Below, piece after piece: positions 30,215-42,777 of a stretch of 64,000 nucleotides of DNA. The notes below the pieces were generated by a model. That model did not search any database. It saw nothing but the letters and a program-made list of their open reading frames with translations, and was not told where the DNA came from. This DNA comes from Eledone cirrhosa. Its lineage: Eukaryota. Each line of letters opens with the position of its first letter. Within the stretch, counting starts at the first letter, position 1. The DNA lies in contig OZ024740.1 of NCBI GenBank assembly GCA_964016885.1, forward strand, positions 435,550,001 through 435,614,000, given 5' to 3'. The position numbers and the translations under genes were made by a program.

Positions 30215-31269
30215 ACTTAAAATTTCCTCTACTATCGGGATGATAAAAAATCAACAACCGTTGTTATTTTTAATCAATTAAATTAACAACCGCTGTTAAT
30301 TAAACCAACAACCGCTATTGTTTTTATTTAGTTGGTGTGATTTAGTGTCAATGAAAACTGGCGTTAATTTTGCATCAATCTAATATTTCACTAAATGAAC
30401 TTCAACTAGGTATTTGTATAGAGAGAGGTGGTCGTGTGTATATGAAGGAGAGAGAGGGGTGATAGTATGTATAAGAATGTTAATCGCCCTTTCACTCTTG
30501 CCAGAAACCTGTACAGAATATTACATAAACACACACACTGCAGACCTGTCCACTCTCCCCGTCCGGCAGGGGCATCTTCCCTTGTGAAAATGACTATAGC
30601 TTGCGTTATGTAAAATTTCCCCATTTTGCCTCATTTCCCCTCGTTTTGTGACACTTTTTTTCATGGTACTCCACGCTTGAGTTTTTAGAGGTTGGCAGGT
30701 CTGGACAGACACACACGCACGCGCGCGCGCGCTCTCTCTCTCTCTCTCACACACTTGAATGGGTCCCCTCTTGTTTGGAAAAGTGAGTTTGTTTTGTCAA
30801 GGAGAGACTGTTGAAGTCAACTAAACCTCATAAATCTCCACAAATTTAATCCTTAAACCAAAACATACCATATCTTACTATACGTATTTCACAGAGTTGT
30901 ATATTTAACGAGGAAGGTGAAACAAGAATATACAATGATAGAGTGGTGCTCGTTTCTTACTACATAGTAATAACCTTAGCTATAAACATTATCTTCCTCT
31001 AGAGTCTAGAGGAAGAATTGAAAATAGATTGTCTAGAGTCTAGACAATCTATTTTCAATTCTCATATTATCAACATAATAAAAACAAAATTCCCAGTTAA
31101 CATTTAGACTACTGCAAACACAAATAGAAAGTTTTGGGGTTTTTAAATTTTACAAAACTGTTTATTCAAAACTAAAGACTATTAAAGGGGACAAAAAACA
31201 TAACAAAAGGGAAAAGAAAAAGAAAAAAGAATCAAACAACGAAAAAATGATCTTTCTCTTTCTCTTATA

Positions 31270-32693
31270 TATAATAATAATAATGAAAATATTGTGTACA
31301 GTGCTCAGGTGCACTACAACTCATCAAAAAGTGTATGTATAGTACATAGGGTAATGTACAAACGTCAGGAAAATGAACAGTGCATGAGTCATGATATACA
31401 CGTGTGCATGTGTATGGAAGCGGTACATCAGGTGTAGTTTTGGCGAATTTCGGGAAGCATGAGGGTTTTAAAGGATGCAGTGTCTCGACAGCTAACACCT
31501 GACGCAGGCAGTTTGTTCAATGGAGGATTTAAAGGATGCAGTGTCTCGACAGCTAACAACTGACGCAGGCAGTTTGTTCCATGGAGGTTTTAAAGGATGC
31601 AGTGTCTCGACAGCTAACAACTGGTACAGGTAGTTTGTTCCATGGAGGTTTTAAAGGATGCAGTGTCTCGGCAGCTAACTGATGCAGGCAGTTTGTTCCA
31701 TGGAGGTTTTAAAGGATGCAGTGTCTCGATAGCTAACTGATGCAGGCAGTTTGTTCCATGGAGGTTTTAAAGGATGCAGTGTCTCGACAGCTAACTGATG
31801 CAGGCAGTTTGTTCCATGGAGGTTTTAAAGGATGCAGTGTCTCGGCAGCTAACAACTGACTCAGGCAGTTTGTTCCATGGAGGTTTTAAAGGATGCAGTG
31901 TCTCGACAGCTAACAACTGATGTAGGTAGTTTGTTCCATGGAGGTTTTAAAGGATGCAGTGTCTCGGCAGCTAACAACTGATGCAGGCAGTTTGTTCCAT
32001 GGAGGTTTTAAAGGATGCAGTGTCTCGGCAGCTAACAACTGACGCAGGCAGTTTGTTCCATGGAGGTTTTAAAGGATGCAGTGTCTCGGCAGCTAACAAC
32101 TGATGTAGGTAGTTTGTTCCATGGAGGTTTTAAAGGATGCAGTGTCTCGGCAGCTAACAACTGACGCAGGCAGTTTGTTCCATGGAGGTTTTAAAGGATG
32201 CAGTGTTTCGGCAGCTAACAACTGACGCAGGCAGTTTGTTTCAGCAACTCTGAGCGTGAAAAAATGTTTCCGAAAGTCATGGGAGCTGTGCTGTTTTCTG
32301 ACTTTGTAGGCATGTCCACGTGTGTTAGACACATAGAGATCAAAAAGGTGCTCAGGGTTGTTGTTGGCGAGATGTTTAATAACAAGTCCATTGCCAGACG
32401 TCGGAGCTTCAATGAATCCATGCCCAGGGAAGCAAGGCGTTCAGAGTATGGTAGATGACTGATGGAGAGTATGCACTTGGTTGCATGTCTCTGAACAGTT
32501 TCCAGGAGGCCAATGTTCTGAGCAAGATAGGGGTTCCAGACTGATGATGCGAATTCTAAGTGTGGTTGTACCATAGCTGTATACAGTTTTAAATAGATGG
32601 CTGGAGAGCGGCTAAGAAAGGTCTTGCTGAGTGATGCCAAGACACCCTCGGCCTTCTTGACAATCTTAGAGACATGCTTTGTCCATCGTAAAT
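31270..32693 (-). mobile_element. second CR1-like LINE 3' portion, fused behind SINE2
   Basis: LRWTKHV...PHLEFASSVWNPY...LKLRRL; TRGHAYK...RKHFFTLRV...WNKLP; (TAT)n tail. Confidence 0.88.
31461..32240. repeat. 61/58-bp minisatellite (~13 copies) derived from the CR1 ORF2 C-terminus
   Basis: One unit on the minus strand encodes WNKLPASVVSCRDTASFKTS. Confidence 0.92.
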
Positions 32694-32699
32694 ATATGT

Positions 32700-32800
32700 A
32701 TATTGTTTCTACTTTTGGCACAAGGCCAGCAATTAACCAGTGTATTACTGGTACTTTATTTTATCGACCCCCGTAAGGATTAAAGGCAAAGTTAACCTCG
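32700..32800 (-). mobile_element. SINE2, 5'-truncated
   Basis: Reverse complement of 33868-33968. Confidence 0.85.
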
Positions 32801-32826
32801 TAAAGGACACACACACACATTATATA

Positions 32827-33762
32827 TCATCATCATCATCATCATCATCAACGTTTAACGTCCATGTTCCATGCTTGCATGGGTTTGGACGGGAGTTTTC
32901 CCACTTGAGGCAAGAGTGGTTGTCTTGCTCGTATAGGACTGTCTGGTGGGTTTTCTACAGTTGGATGCCCTTCCTAACACCAACCACATTTACAGTGTGG
33001 GGCTGGGAGTTTTTACCGTGTTGCCTACACGGCCAAATTACAGCGTGAACTGTCTGTTTTTTTGATGTGACACCTACACGATCTCATTTGTTTCGGCCTG
33101 GATGTTGTGGCACCAACATAACTTTACATTGAAAGGGGCGGTGTGGATGGGGTGGAGATGGTGGGACGGGGGCGTATTTTGTTAGAGATGCCTACTGACT
33201 GTAGTAGGTTTTACTTTGTATTTAGGTAAGGCGGGTCTTCTCTATTACTGAGTACCGCCAAAAGTCTCGGTCCAGTGACATTGTCGTGGAGAGGTGTAAG
33301 TGTGTGAGGTCGGAGTTTATCAGCTCGTCCTAGGATTTTCTAGGTCTGCCTACTCCGTGGCTACCGTCTATCTTTATTGCCCTGCACTTTGCTATACAGC
33401 TGTCGTCTTTCATGCGCATCACGTGACCATACCAACGTAGCCTTCTCTCGAGTAAACAACATCTGATCCCTCTTATTTCTAATTTTTTCCTTAGTTCGTT
33501 TATGCTTTGCCGTTCACGTATATTACTATTACACATCCAGCGGAGCATGCAAGCTTCGTTCCTCTCTAGTCTGCGTATATCCTCTGCACACAATGCCCAG
33601 GTCTCACTGCCATGCAACATTGCTGTTCGTATGCAGGCATCATACAACCTGCCTTTCATTTTTAGGGAGAACCCTTTAGCGGCTAATAGTGGTATAAGCT
33701 CTCTGAACTTTTTCCATCCAGTTCTGACTCTAGCTACTGTACTTTCAGAGCACCCTCCCCCA
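32827..33762 (-). mobile_element. RTE LINE family A, 5'-truncated
   Basis: Same ORF C-terminus and 3' UTR as the other family A copies. Confidence 0.92.
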
Positions 33763-33775
33763 TATATATATATAT

Positions 33776-33969
33776 AGGGCCGTGGATTGGCAGTATCAGT
33801 AGAGGGTCGAACGCCATTCTTTGACGCATAGAGTTGTGGCCCTCTACGTTCTAAGTTCAAATCCCGCCGAGGTTAACTTTGCCTTTCATCCTTACGGGGG
33901 TCGATAAAATAAAGTACTAGTAATGCACTGAGTAATTGCTGGCCTTGTGCCAAAAGTAGAAACAATTAT
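33776..33969 (+). mobile_element. SINE2 (tRNA-like head plus conserved central domain)
   Basis: B box AAGTTCAAATCC followed by GAGGTTAACTTTGCCTTTCATCCTTACGGGGGTCGATAAAATAAAGTAC; partial copies at about 34286-34399 and 45790-45885. Confidence 0.8.
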
Positions 33970-34456
33970 ATATGCGATTTGCGTTGGACAAAGCATGTCT
34001 CTAAGATTGTCCTTTATTCTTAGATAATTACAGTAAGGACAACACATTCAATTAAATTGGGTTAAGATGTCTATATTGACTAAGTTTCTGATTTGAAGTC
34101 TTCTCTGTATGAACCTTCTCTACCAGACGTATTATATTAAATATAAAATCACCTCCCTCAGAGATAAAAATAAGAGATGTGTGTGTTTTGTGTTGATAAC
34201 AGATCCAAGACCTCTCCTGATGAGGAACAGTGTAGTCAACTGGATCACCCTCACTACTTCAGTGCTACTATATTTTGTTGACACTCTCAGTTCAAGTCCT
34301 GCCCAGGTTAACTTTGCCTTTCATCCTTATGGGGGTCAATAAAGTACCAGTAATTCACTGGGGTAATTGCTGGCCTTGTGCCAAAAGTAGAAACAATTAG
34401 GTTTTCTTGACACTCAGAAAGATAAAAAGCTAAGTTGACCATCGTTGGATTTTAAC

Positions 34457-36450
34457 AGACCTAAACCTACTGCTACATGGTTCTACTCCACTGGTACTAG
34501 ACCCTAAAACTACTGCTACATGGTTCTACTCCACTGGTACTAGACCCTAAACCTACTGCTACATGGTTCTACTCCACTGGTACTAGACCCTAAACCTACT
34601 GCTACATGGTTCTACTCCACTGGTACTAGACCCTAAAACTACTGCTACATGGTTCTACTCCACTGGTACTAGACCCTAAAACTACTGCTACATGGTTCTA
34701 CTCCACTGGTACTAGACCCTAAACCTACTGCTACATGGTTGTTCTACTCCACTGGTACTAGACCCTAAACCTACTGCTACATGGTTCTACTCCACTGGTA
34801 CTAGACCCTAAAACTACTGCTACATGGTTCTACTCCACTGGTACTAGACCCTAAACCTACTGCTACATGGTTCTACTCCACTGGTACTAGACCCTAAAAC
34901 TACTGCTACATGGTTCTACTCCACTGGTACTAGACCCTAAAACTACTGCTACATGGTTGTTCTACTCCACTGGTACTAGACCCTAAACCTACTGCTACAT
35001 GGTTCTACTCCACTGGTACTAGACCCTAAAACTACTGCTACATGGTTCTACTCCACTGGTACTAGACCCTAAAACTACTGCTACATGGTTGTTCTACTCC
35101 ACTGGTACTAGACCCTAAACCTACTGCTACATGGTTCTACTCCACTGGTACTAGACCCTAAAACTACTGCTACATGGTTCTACTCCACTGGTACTAGACC
35201 CTAAAACTACTGCTACATGGTTCTACTTCACTGGTACTAGACCCTAAAACTACTGCTACATGGTTCTATTCCACTGGTACTAGACCCTAAAACTACTGCT
35301 ACATGGTTGTTCTACTCCACTGGTACTAGACCCTAAACCTACTGCTACATGGTTCTACTCCACTGGTACTAGACCCTAAAACTACTGCTACATGGTTCTA
35401 CTCCACTGGTACTAGACCCTAAAACTACTGCTACATGGTTCTACTTCACTGGTACTAGACCCTAAAACTACTGCTACATGGTTCTACTCCACTGGTACTA
35501 GACCCTAAAACTACTGCTACATGGTTGTTCTACTCCACTGGTACTAGACCCTAAAACTACTGCTACATGGCTGTTCTACTCCACTGGTACTAGACCCTAA
35601 AACTACTGATACATGGTTGTACTACTTCACTGGTACTAGACCCTAAAACTACTGCTACATGGTTCTACTCCACTGGTACTAGACCCTAAACCTACTGCTA
35701 CATGTTTCTACTCCACTGGTACTAGACCCTAAAACTACTGCTACATGGTTCTACTCCACTGGTACTAGACCCTAAACCTACTGCTACATGTTTCTACTCC
35801 ACTGGTACTAGACCCTAAAACTACTGCTACATGGTTCTACTCCACTGGTACTAGACCCTAAAACTACTGCTACATGGTTGTTCTACTCCACTGGTACTAG
35901 ACCCTAAAACTACTGCTACATGGTTCTACTTCACTGGTACTAGACCCTAAAATTACTGCTGCATGGTTGTTCTACTCCACTGGTCCTAGACCCTAAAACT
36001 ACTGTTACATGGTTCTACTCCACTGGTACTAGACCCTAAAACTACTGCTACATGGTTCTATTCCACTGGTACTAGACCCTAAACCTACTGCTACATGTTT
36101 CTACTCCACTGGTACTAGACCCTAAAACTACTGCTACATGGTTGTTCTACTCCACTGGTACTAGACCCTAAAACTACTGCTACATAGTTCTACTTCACTG
36201 GTACTAGACCCTAAAACTACTGCTACATGGTTCTACTCCACTGGTACTAGACCCTAAACCTACTGCTACATGTTTCTACTCCACTGGTACTAGACCCTAA
36301 AACTACTGCTACATGGTTCTACTCCACTGGTACTAGACCCTAAACCTACTGCTACATGTTTCTACTCCACTGGTACTAGACCCTAAAACTACTGCTACAT
36401 GGTTCTACTCCACTGGTACTAGACCCTAAAATTACTGCTGCATGGTTGTT
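34457..36450. repeat. 43-bp minisatellite with 46-bp variants, ~46 copies
   Basis: Unit AGACCCTAAAMCTACTGCTACATGGTT(GTT)CTACTCCACTGGTACT. Confidence 0.95.
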
Positions 36451-36755
36451 TTGCTCTCTAACAATTCTCCCAATCCACTGTGTTTAGAACACTCAACTAT
36501 TGTAAATATATTTCCTGTGGAAATACATTTATCCATAAGAGACTGCATCTGCCTTCCTGTCTCCCTCTCTCTACCCCTTCTCCCCCCCCCCATCTCCTAT
36601 CTTTTATTTTGTTATATGAAGTTTCTGGAACTGCTCTGTTTCAAAGTGGAGATACAGTGGCTGGATGGGTAAATTGTAGCTGACTAAGACTGTAGAGACT
36701 TAGCTAAGCCTTTTCACTATCGACTAATTGTAATGTTAGAATATATATATATATA

Positions 36756-36976
36756 CAGCTGTAGAAATGAGATGATAGGGACTGGGGTCCCTATCATTCC
36801 ACTGCAAAGTGGTCGTGGAGGTGCCAGGGCAAAAAAGCACCCAGCACTCACTGTAAATGAGGTTGGTGTTAGGAAGGGCATCCAGCTGTAGAAATCAAGC
36901 CAGAATCAGTTCCCGTCCCACCCTTGCAAGCAGGGAAAAAGCGGACGTAAAATGAAATGATGAAAATGATGATGAT
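36756..36976 (+). mobile_element. SINE1, 5'-truncated
   Basis: Matches the 3' two-thirds of SINE1. Confidence 0.88.
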
Positions 36977-37587
36977 ACACACATTTCTTTACATTTGGAA
37001 GTTGTGACATTTATGCATTTCTCAGTCATTACCAGTGTGAACATAGAATCAAAACCATATTTCATATAGCACCTGCATTTACCCACACACATTTATTTAT
37101 GCTAGCAGAAAAACCACTCTTCGAGTTCGTAATTGACAATATCCACAGAAATTGAAGGAAGACTGCGTTATACTGTCTTATGTAATCAGTAACGTAATCC
37201 ATGATACATTAAAAAAAGACGATATTATATATAAACTGCATTAGGAGAAAATTAGTGACAGAAATATATGAATGTTTATTTAAGAGATCGTTAACCGGAA
37301 GTGTTGACATTTGAACATTTTAAAGTGAATCTTAAAATAAGCAACAAAATTATTTATATTTAACCAAGAATAACGAAATTTAGTAGATAAATTATGTAAT
37401 ATTCATTCATTATTTATTCAAAGTAATCCAACTTATTTTACAAACGGGATAAAAAAATATATTCTGGACACAGTCCCACACACATATACATTATAACACT
37501 TGATCATTTGCATTGAGCCTTTTGTCATACCAGTAACTGGCTAGTACTTAGTACTACCCTCCATATTTATTAATATATATATATATA

Positions 37588-40500
37588 TCATCATCATTTG
37601 TCGACTACTGTCGAGATGATGGATCTCACTCTCATGCCCCAGAATTCCCTATCCCCCATCGCTGCCCCCAGGTCCCGTCTACTGATTCTCGTATCCCTAG
37701 AGATAACGTCAGGGAATGACAGCTTCCTAGTCAGGCTGGTGTCAGGGTTCCAGAGCAAGAGAGCAGATATGATTTCATTGCTGGCACGGTGACAGTGGCC
37801 AGCAAATTGAGCTCTCCGGGATTTTAGAAGGGCAGAGGCTCGAGGGAGTTTGCCATAGATTTTAGACAAGGTGGGATGTCGTTTCCAGGATAGGTTTTGC
37901 ACTCTCATTAATAGGCGGGTATATGTGCCATCCAATCTCCTCTCAAGTTGTGATGTTAGTGTCCAAGTTTCGGATCCATAAAGTAATATGGGCTTAATGG
38001 TTGCTTGGAATATTTCCAGTTTTAGCTTGATGGTAAGTTGAGATGTCCATATGGCGTGCATGTCATTGCACGCTGACCATGCCATACCCTTCCTGGTTAG
38101 AACATTTTTTTTGGAGGAGGAGATATATGAGCCAAGATACTTGTAATCTTCCACCTGCTTAAGGGTGGTACCATTAAGGGTTCTGATGGGGTAGTTTGGG
38201 CTGTTTGCGCATCTGTTCACATACTCAGTCTTGGATTCGTTGAGGTACAGTCCAACACAGTTGGACGCTTGCTCTAATGACTTCAAAAGACTCTCAGCAT
38301 TTTCCAGTGACCGACTGATCAATGCGATGTCGTCAGCAAAGTCGGTGTCGGTCAAGTATTTTGCTGGGTAGCATGAGCTTCTCCTAGGCTGTAGTTGGTA
38401 TCCCCTATCCTGAATCCTATCCACAGACATGCGCAAAACATAATCCACCACAATGATAAATAGATACGGGGCAAAGGTATCGCTCTGTAAAATTCCAGCG
38501 AGGATTGAGAAAGGTGGTGTTTCCCCATCTGGGGTCAGGACAGTTGATTTGGTATCTGTATACATTACACGTATGGCCGCGATGATTTTATCAGGAATCT
38601 CATAAAGTTGTAGAATTTCAAACATCCCCGACCTGTCAACTGAGATGAGTGCAAGGTCTAGATTGCGGTTTTGGGACTCCTCTATAAGTCGGCGAAGGCA
38701 GAGAATCTGGCTAAGTGTTGATCTACCTCTCCTAAATCCATTCTCGTTGTTATGAAGGATTGGCTCAAATAATGGAATTAAGCGGTTCAGGAGAAGCTTG
38801 TATATTTTTGCAGCAATTGCCATGAGAGAAATTCCTCTATAGTTGGTGGCTAAAGAAAGATCTCCTTTTTTGGGCATGGGGATAATTTGAGCTGCATGCC
38901 AGACGCTAGGTGGTTTATTGGTCTCGAAAGTATGGTTACATAAGTTGAGCAAAAGGATGTGGAAATACTCATCCTTCCAAATCAGGGTAGGTATATTATC
39001 CAGCCCAAAGGCTTTTGAGGCTTTGAGCTGTTTGATGGCTTCTTTGAGCTCAGGCATGGTGAAAGGAGAGGTGTTGATTCCTAATGGCTCTGAAACCTGA
39101 ACGGATGGCAGTTGATAGCTCTCAGGGAGTCTGGCCTTTTTCCCTAGAAGGTTTTTAAAATGAGCAGACCAATTTTCAAGACGTTTTTTGGCAGAGCCTC
39201 CTTTGATTCTAACTGCAGAGTTTGAGTTTTTGCCTGAAAGATCTTTGACAACCTTCCAAGCAAGATGATGGTGTTTGCTGATGTGATGTTGCGATAGCTG
39301 ATCAATCCTACCTGAGATATAGTCGGCTTCAGCATTAAGATAAGCGTCGTCTAGTGATTTTTTGGCCATGATAAGCTGTATCTTTTTCCCTTGAGATGGT
39401 GATTGATGGTGAGATTGGGATATTGACTTAAGATGGGCCCTTGCCTCAACTACCTTCTCTGAGGCACTAGGTTTTATTTGGCTTCGGCTTTTCTTTTTAG
39501 GTAGGGTGGCAAGTGCAACTTCCTCTGTTGATTGCTTAAGACAGTCATACACATCCTCAATATTATCGTCATTGATGTCAGAAGTTGAGAGAGATTGAAA
39601 TCTGTTATAGACTTGAAGCGTGAAGCTATTGGATAGTTGTTTGTTGGAAGAAACAGCTTTCCAGTCTATTCTTTTCATGAGATGAGGTTCGGCCCTCTTG
39701 GATATCCTGAGACTAAGTTTGATTGTTGCCAAGATGACTCGATGATCTGAGCCGACAGAGCTAAAGGAGGAATAAGATCTAGAATCCTTGATTGAGTTTC
39801 TCCATTTCTTGCGAAATATCAAATAGTCAATCTAAGCTCGTTTTTGGTTTGGGTATTCGAAGGTCCAAAGCTGGCCTCTGGTCTTCATGAAGCTGTTGTT
39901 TGAGCTGAATAGACTGAATTCTTCCATGAAGTCCTTCAGATATTCCCCGTTTCGGTTAGTAACCCTATTGTATGTGAACTTTACTTCATCCGGGCCAAGT
40001 TGAGCGTTGAGGTCTCCAGCGATGATAAGAAAGTTGTGTAAGGGCACTTGCTCAACAACTGTGCGAAGGGTCGTGTAGAATTCTCTTACCTCATCCTCAG
40101 GAGAGGCGTTATGAGGACTGTATACACATATCGCAGTGGTTCTAGGATTGCCCTCTAGTGTAAGCACCAAGATTCTGGGAGAGATTGTTTCAATCCCCAG
40201 AAGATTATTGCTGGCTTTAGATGAGAGAAGGCAGCCGACTCCTCCGACGGAGGCATTGACAGGGTTCTTGGTGGCTGAAGAGGTGACAAGTTGGTAGGAT
40301 CCTAGGGTGTGATACTTGAGATCATCCTTTGGGTGGAAAAAGCGGTGTTCTTGGACCGCAAGGATGCCAATGTTCTGAAGTTTGGCATTCTCTGCCAGCT
40401 CCTGGAGTCTACCTGTTGGAAGGAGGGTTCTGGTGTTCAAGGAGCTAACTATTATTTGCTTTTTACAGCTAGCCAGGTGAGATTTGCTTGTTGTTTGGTT

Positions 40501-41208
40501 AGGACCTGTTTCTTCTCCATCAGATGAACCCCGTCCCTTGAGATTTGAGGATTCATCATCATTCGATGCCTTTGTAGGTGCATTATGATCAGAAACAGGA
40601 CCTGAGAAAGCAGGGGCTGGACCTATATCAACAGGTATACCATATAGTGTGGTTCCCTGAGGAACAGGAACCCTGGTGCAGTTAGTTGTGAAATCCATCA
40701 TCTTTTCAAATAGCTAATAATGTGTGTGGGCGCCACTACTACACACATGTGAAAGAATTTGACAGCCAAGTCTTGAAGAAGGTGCTTTCTCCTCCGTGTG
40801 GTGGGTTACCCGGCGCCAGATACCAACCTGGCATTTATACCCTCGCCCTAATTGTTCGTGTTGCAAGCACTAGAGTAGTTGCTAACCAAAGCTACGGACC
40901 CACTCTATCCGTCTGGAGATACGTTGTACTAGCTTACCAGCATACTAGTAGCAGGAAGTTGACTTTTCCGGCACTGCAGCGCCTTTCGGCGGGCCGTGCT
41001 GGTTTTGGATGGCCATTGACTCCAAGAGCTCTTAAGAGCTCCCAGGAGTTCCTTTGACAGGTTTTGTTTTTAGTCCTGCAGGATGTCCAAAGTCACCCTC
41101 CTCACCGAGAAATCTTGGTGGGGTTGCCAGTTTAGTCGCCAACGACCCGACCATGAGACAGGTTGTACTGGGATACATGTTACCAGTAGCACCAACTGGT
41201 GACCTGAC
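37588..41208 (-). mobile_element. apparently full-length RTE-group LINE (family D), inactivated
   Basis: ~500-bp 5' UTR. A single frame 40701-37594 (APE: LAVQEHR, VYSPH, AGDLNA, SDH; RT: YRGISL, FADD, YKYLG, LYGSETW) is broken by a TAG at 39832-39834 and lacks the DFxKAFD motif. (TGA)n tail; (TA)n on both flanks. Confidence 0.88.
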
Positions 41209-41244
41209 ATATATATATATATATATATACACACAGTTTGGCAG

Positions 41245-41310
41245 GTGAACAGTAAGCTGTACTGATGAAGGGTGATACCCAGAAAAATTAGTGTCTGCAG
41301 TTCTGTTCGC
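41245..41310 (+). ncRNA. degenerate type I hammerhead ribozyme within a relative of the 7536-8117 element
   Basis: GTGAACAG-TA-AGCTGTA-CTGATGA-A-GGGT-GAT-ACCC-A-GAAA-AATTAGT-GTC-TGCAGTT-CTGTTCGC; stems I and II pair, stem III is damaged. Confidence 0.6.
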
Positions 41311-41564
41311 ATGACAACACAAGAGCAAGAATGAAGAGTTCATTCTACTGACATGGCTATAAAATTGAGGCTTGTTTGCAAAATTGCAAACGAATCGAAT
41401 GTTATTATTAATATTCGAAAAACTCAGATTACATTTATTGTATTCAGCCATGTAGAGTGAAATTTTCTTCTTTTATATATATATATAAGGATTAAAATAC
41501 TGGAGCGTGTTGGAGTTAAACACCCTCTTCGTATTATAGAAATGACAGTAATTATATATATATA

Positions 41565-42445
41565 GGAGACGCTGCCCCCTTAGGGGATACTGCTTGACTG
41601 ATAGGGTTATATATAGATGCACTGTAACTAGCCACAATAGCGTTAAACATTATATAGGGGCTACCTCTGGCCCGTTCAAAATTAGATTTTCGAACACATC
41701 TCCACTCTTTCACAAATAAGAAATTAAGACACTCCACTTCGCTCGTGCACTACATCACATCATTAAAAGACTTAAACATCAGCTTCTCCACGCACTGTGA
41801 TATTGTCGGCAGGGCTGCACCTTACAACTTCAAGAGGAAGTGCGATCTTTGACTCATGGAGCTCTACCACATCGTATCTGCACCCCACGAGCTCATCAAC
41901 AGCAGAGCTGAAACGACGGTAAGCTGTACACATTGCTTAAAAATATCCTTCTTCAGATGGGATAAGGATGAGGAGTGAAACCGTATATCGGGTCTCCCTG
42001 CAACAAGCTTTAACACCCCGGCGGGCAGGCGCTGCAAAAAACATCCGGAAACTAACCATGCATCCCAGACCCAGCTTCAAATGACCCAGGCGAGCAGGTG
42101 CAGAAAACAAACGTCTCAAAATAAACGTTGCTAACCTGACCCTGTGTGTATTGACAATGGTAAGGTTGTAACCACATCTTGATATGGATAAAAAATTTGT
42201 CCGGGAAAGACTGCCCTAACACTGGTCAGAGTTACCTCCCTTGACCTACTGCAAAATCAAAACGCGCTTTTCTTGCGAAGAATGAACTCTGATGTGAACT
42301 TACCTCCAAAAACACTTTCCGGGCCATGTAAGGAACACTTTTAGTTATTTATGCCCTTGAGAAGCCCATCCGGGCGAAACGTACGTAGGTGCTGTTTTAA
42401 ATAAACATGTATTAACGGTCTGTTCTCCGATTTCTTACTTTTCCA
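41565..42445 (+). mobile_element. Penelope-like element 3' fragment (GIY-YIG endonuclease remnant + terminus)
   Basis: Manual translation: CPLRGYCLTDRVIYRCTVT...KHYIGATSGPFKIRFS[frameshift]HLHSF...STSL...KCDL*LME...LINSRAE...SCTH; hammerhead motif near the 3' end. Confidence 0.8.
42351..42393 (+). ncRNA. minimal hammerhead, U3-A8 core variant
   Basis: CC-TTGAGAA-GCCC-ATCC-GGGC-GAAAC-GTAC-GTA-GG; palindromic stem III ACGTACGT; stem I is weak. Confidence 0.6.
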
Positions 42446-42740
42446 CACACATATATATATATATATTATAGAGAGAGATGTTTCAGTAGATTTGTGGTTT
42501 ACTGAGATTTTAAAGCAGATATTTGGTTGTCCTTAACAAGTCTGATGAGATTGGAGCTAGAGTTAACAGAAATATGTTGAGCCAGCTACTTGTGGAACAT
42601 TTATAACTGAGCCTAATCAACAAAAACCTCAAGCCAGCATGAGTTGGACATGTCTTTTTCAACACACTGTCTCTGCACTTGCTGTTTCTTCTTCATCTCC
42701 ACCCCGCCCATCCCTTCAATCTATCTTATTTCTCATTCTT

Positions 42741-42777
42741 TCTTCTGATGAAAGACTAGCGTCCGAAACGTTAAGAT
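42741..42777 (+). ncRNA. minimal hammerhead motif of a second Penelope-type terminus relic
   Basis: TCTT-CTGATGA-AA-GAC-TAGC-GTC-C-GAAACGTT-AAGA. Confidence 0.5.

Noticed and set aside
30420-30790. CpG-richer segment with (CA)(CG)(CT) repeats as a promoter or first exon
   Set aside because: Plausible, but there is no diagnostic evidence in the sequence alone
29499-36450. Regular 40-, 61- and 43-bp arrays as CRISPR-like loci
   Set aside because: No unique spacers, no cas genes, eukaryotic context
41020-41208. HDV-like ribozyme at the family D 5' end
   Set aside because: Could not place a canonical P3/L3/P1.1; kept only as a structured UTR
42535-42595. CTGATGAG...GAAA with ACAAGT/ACTTGT flanks; also CTGATGAGG at 34216
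   Set aside because: Stems II and III do not form; the 34216 site lacks GAAA
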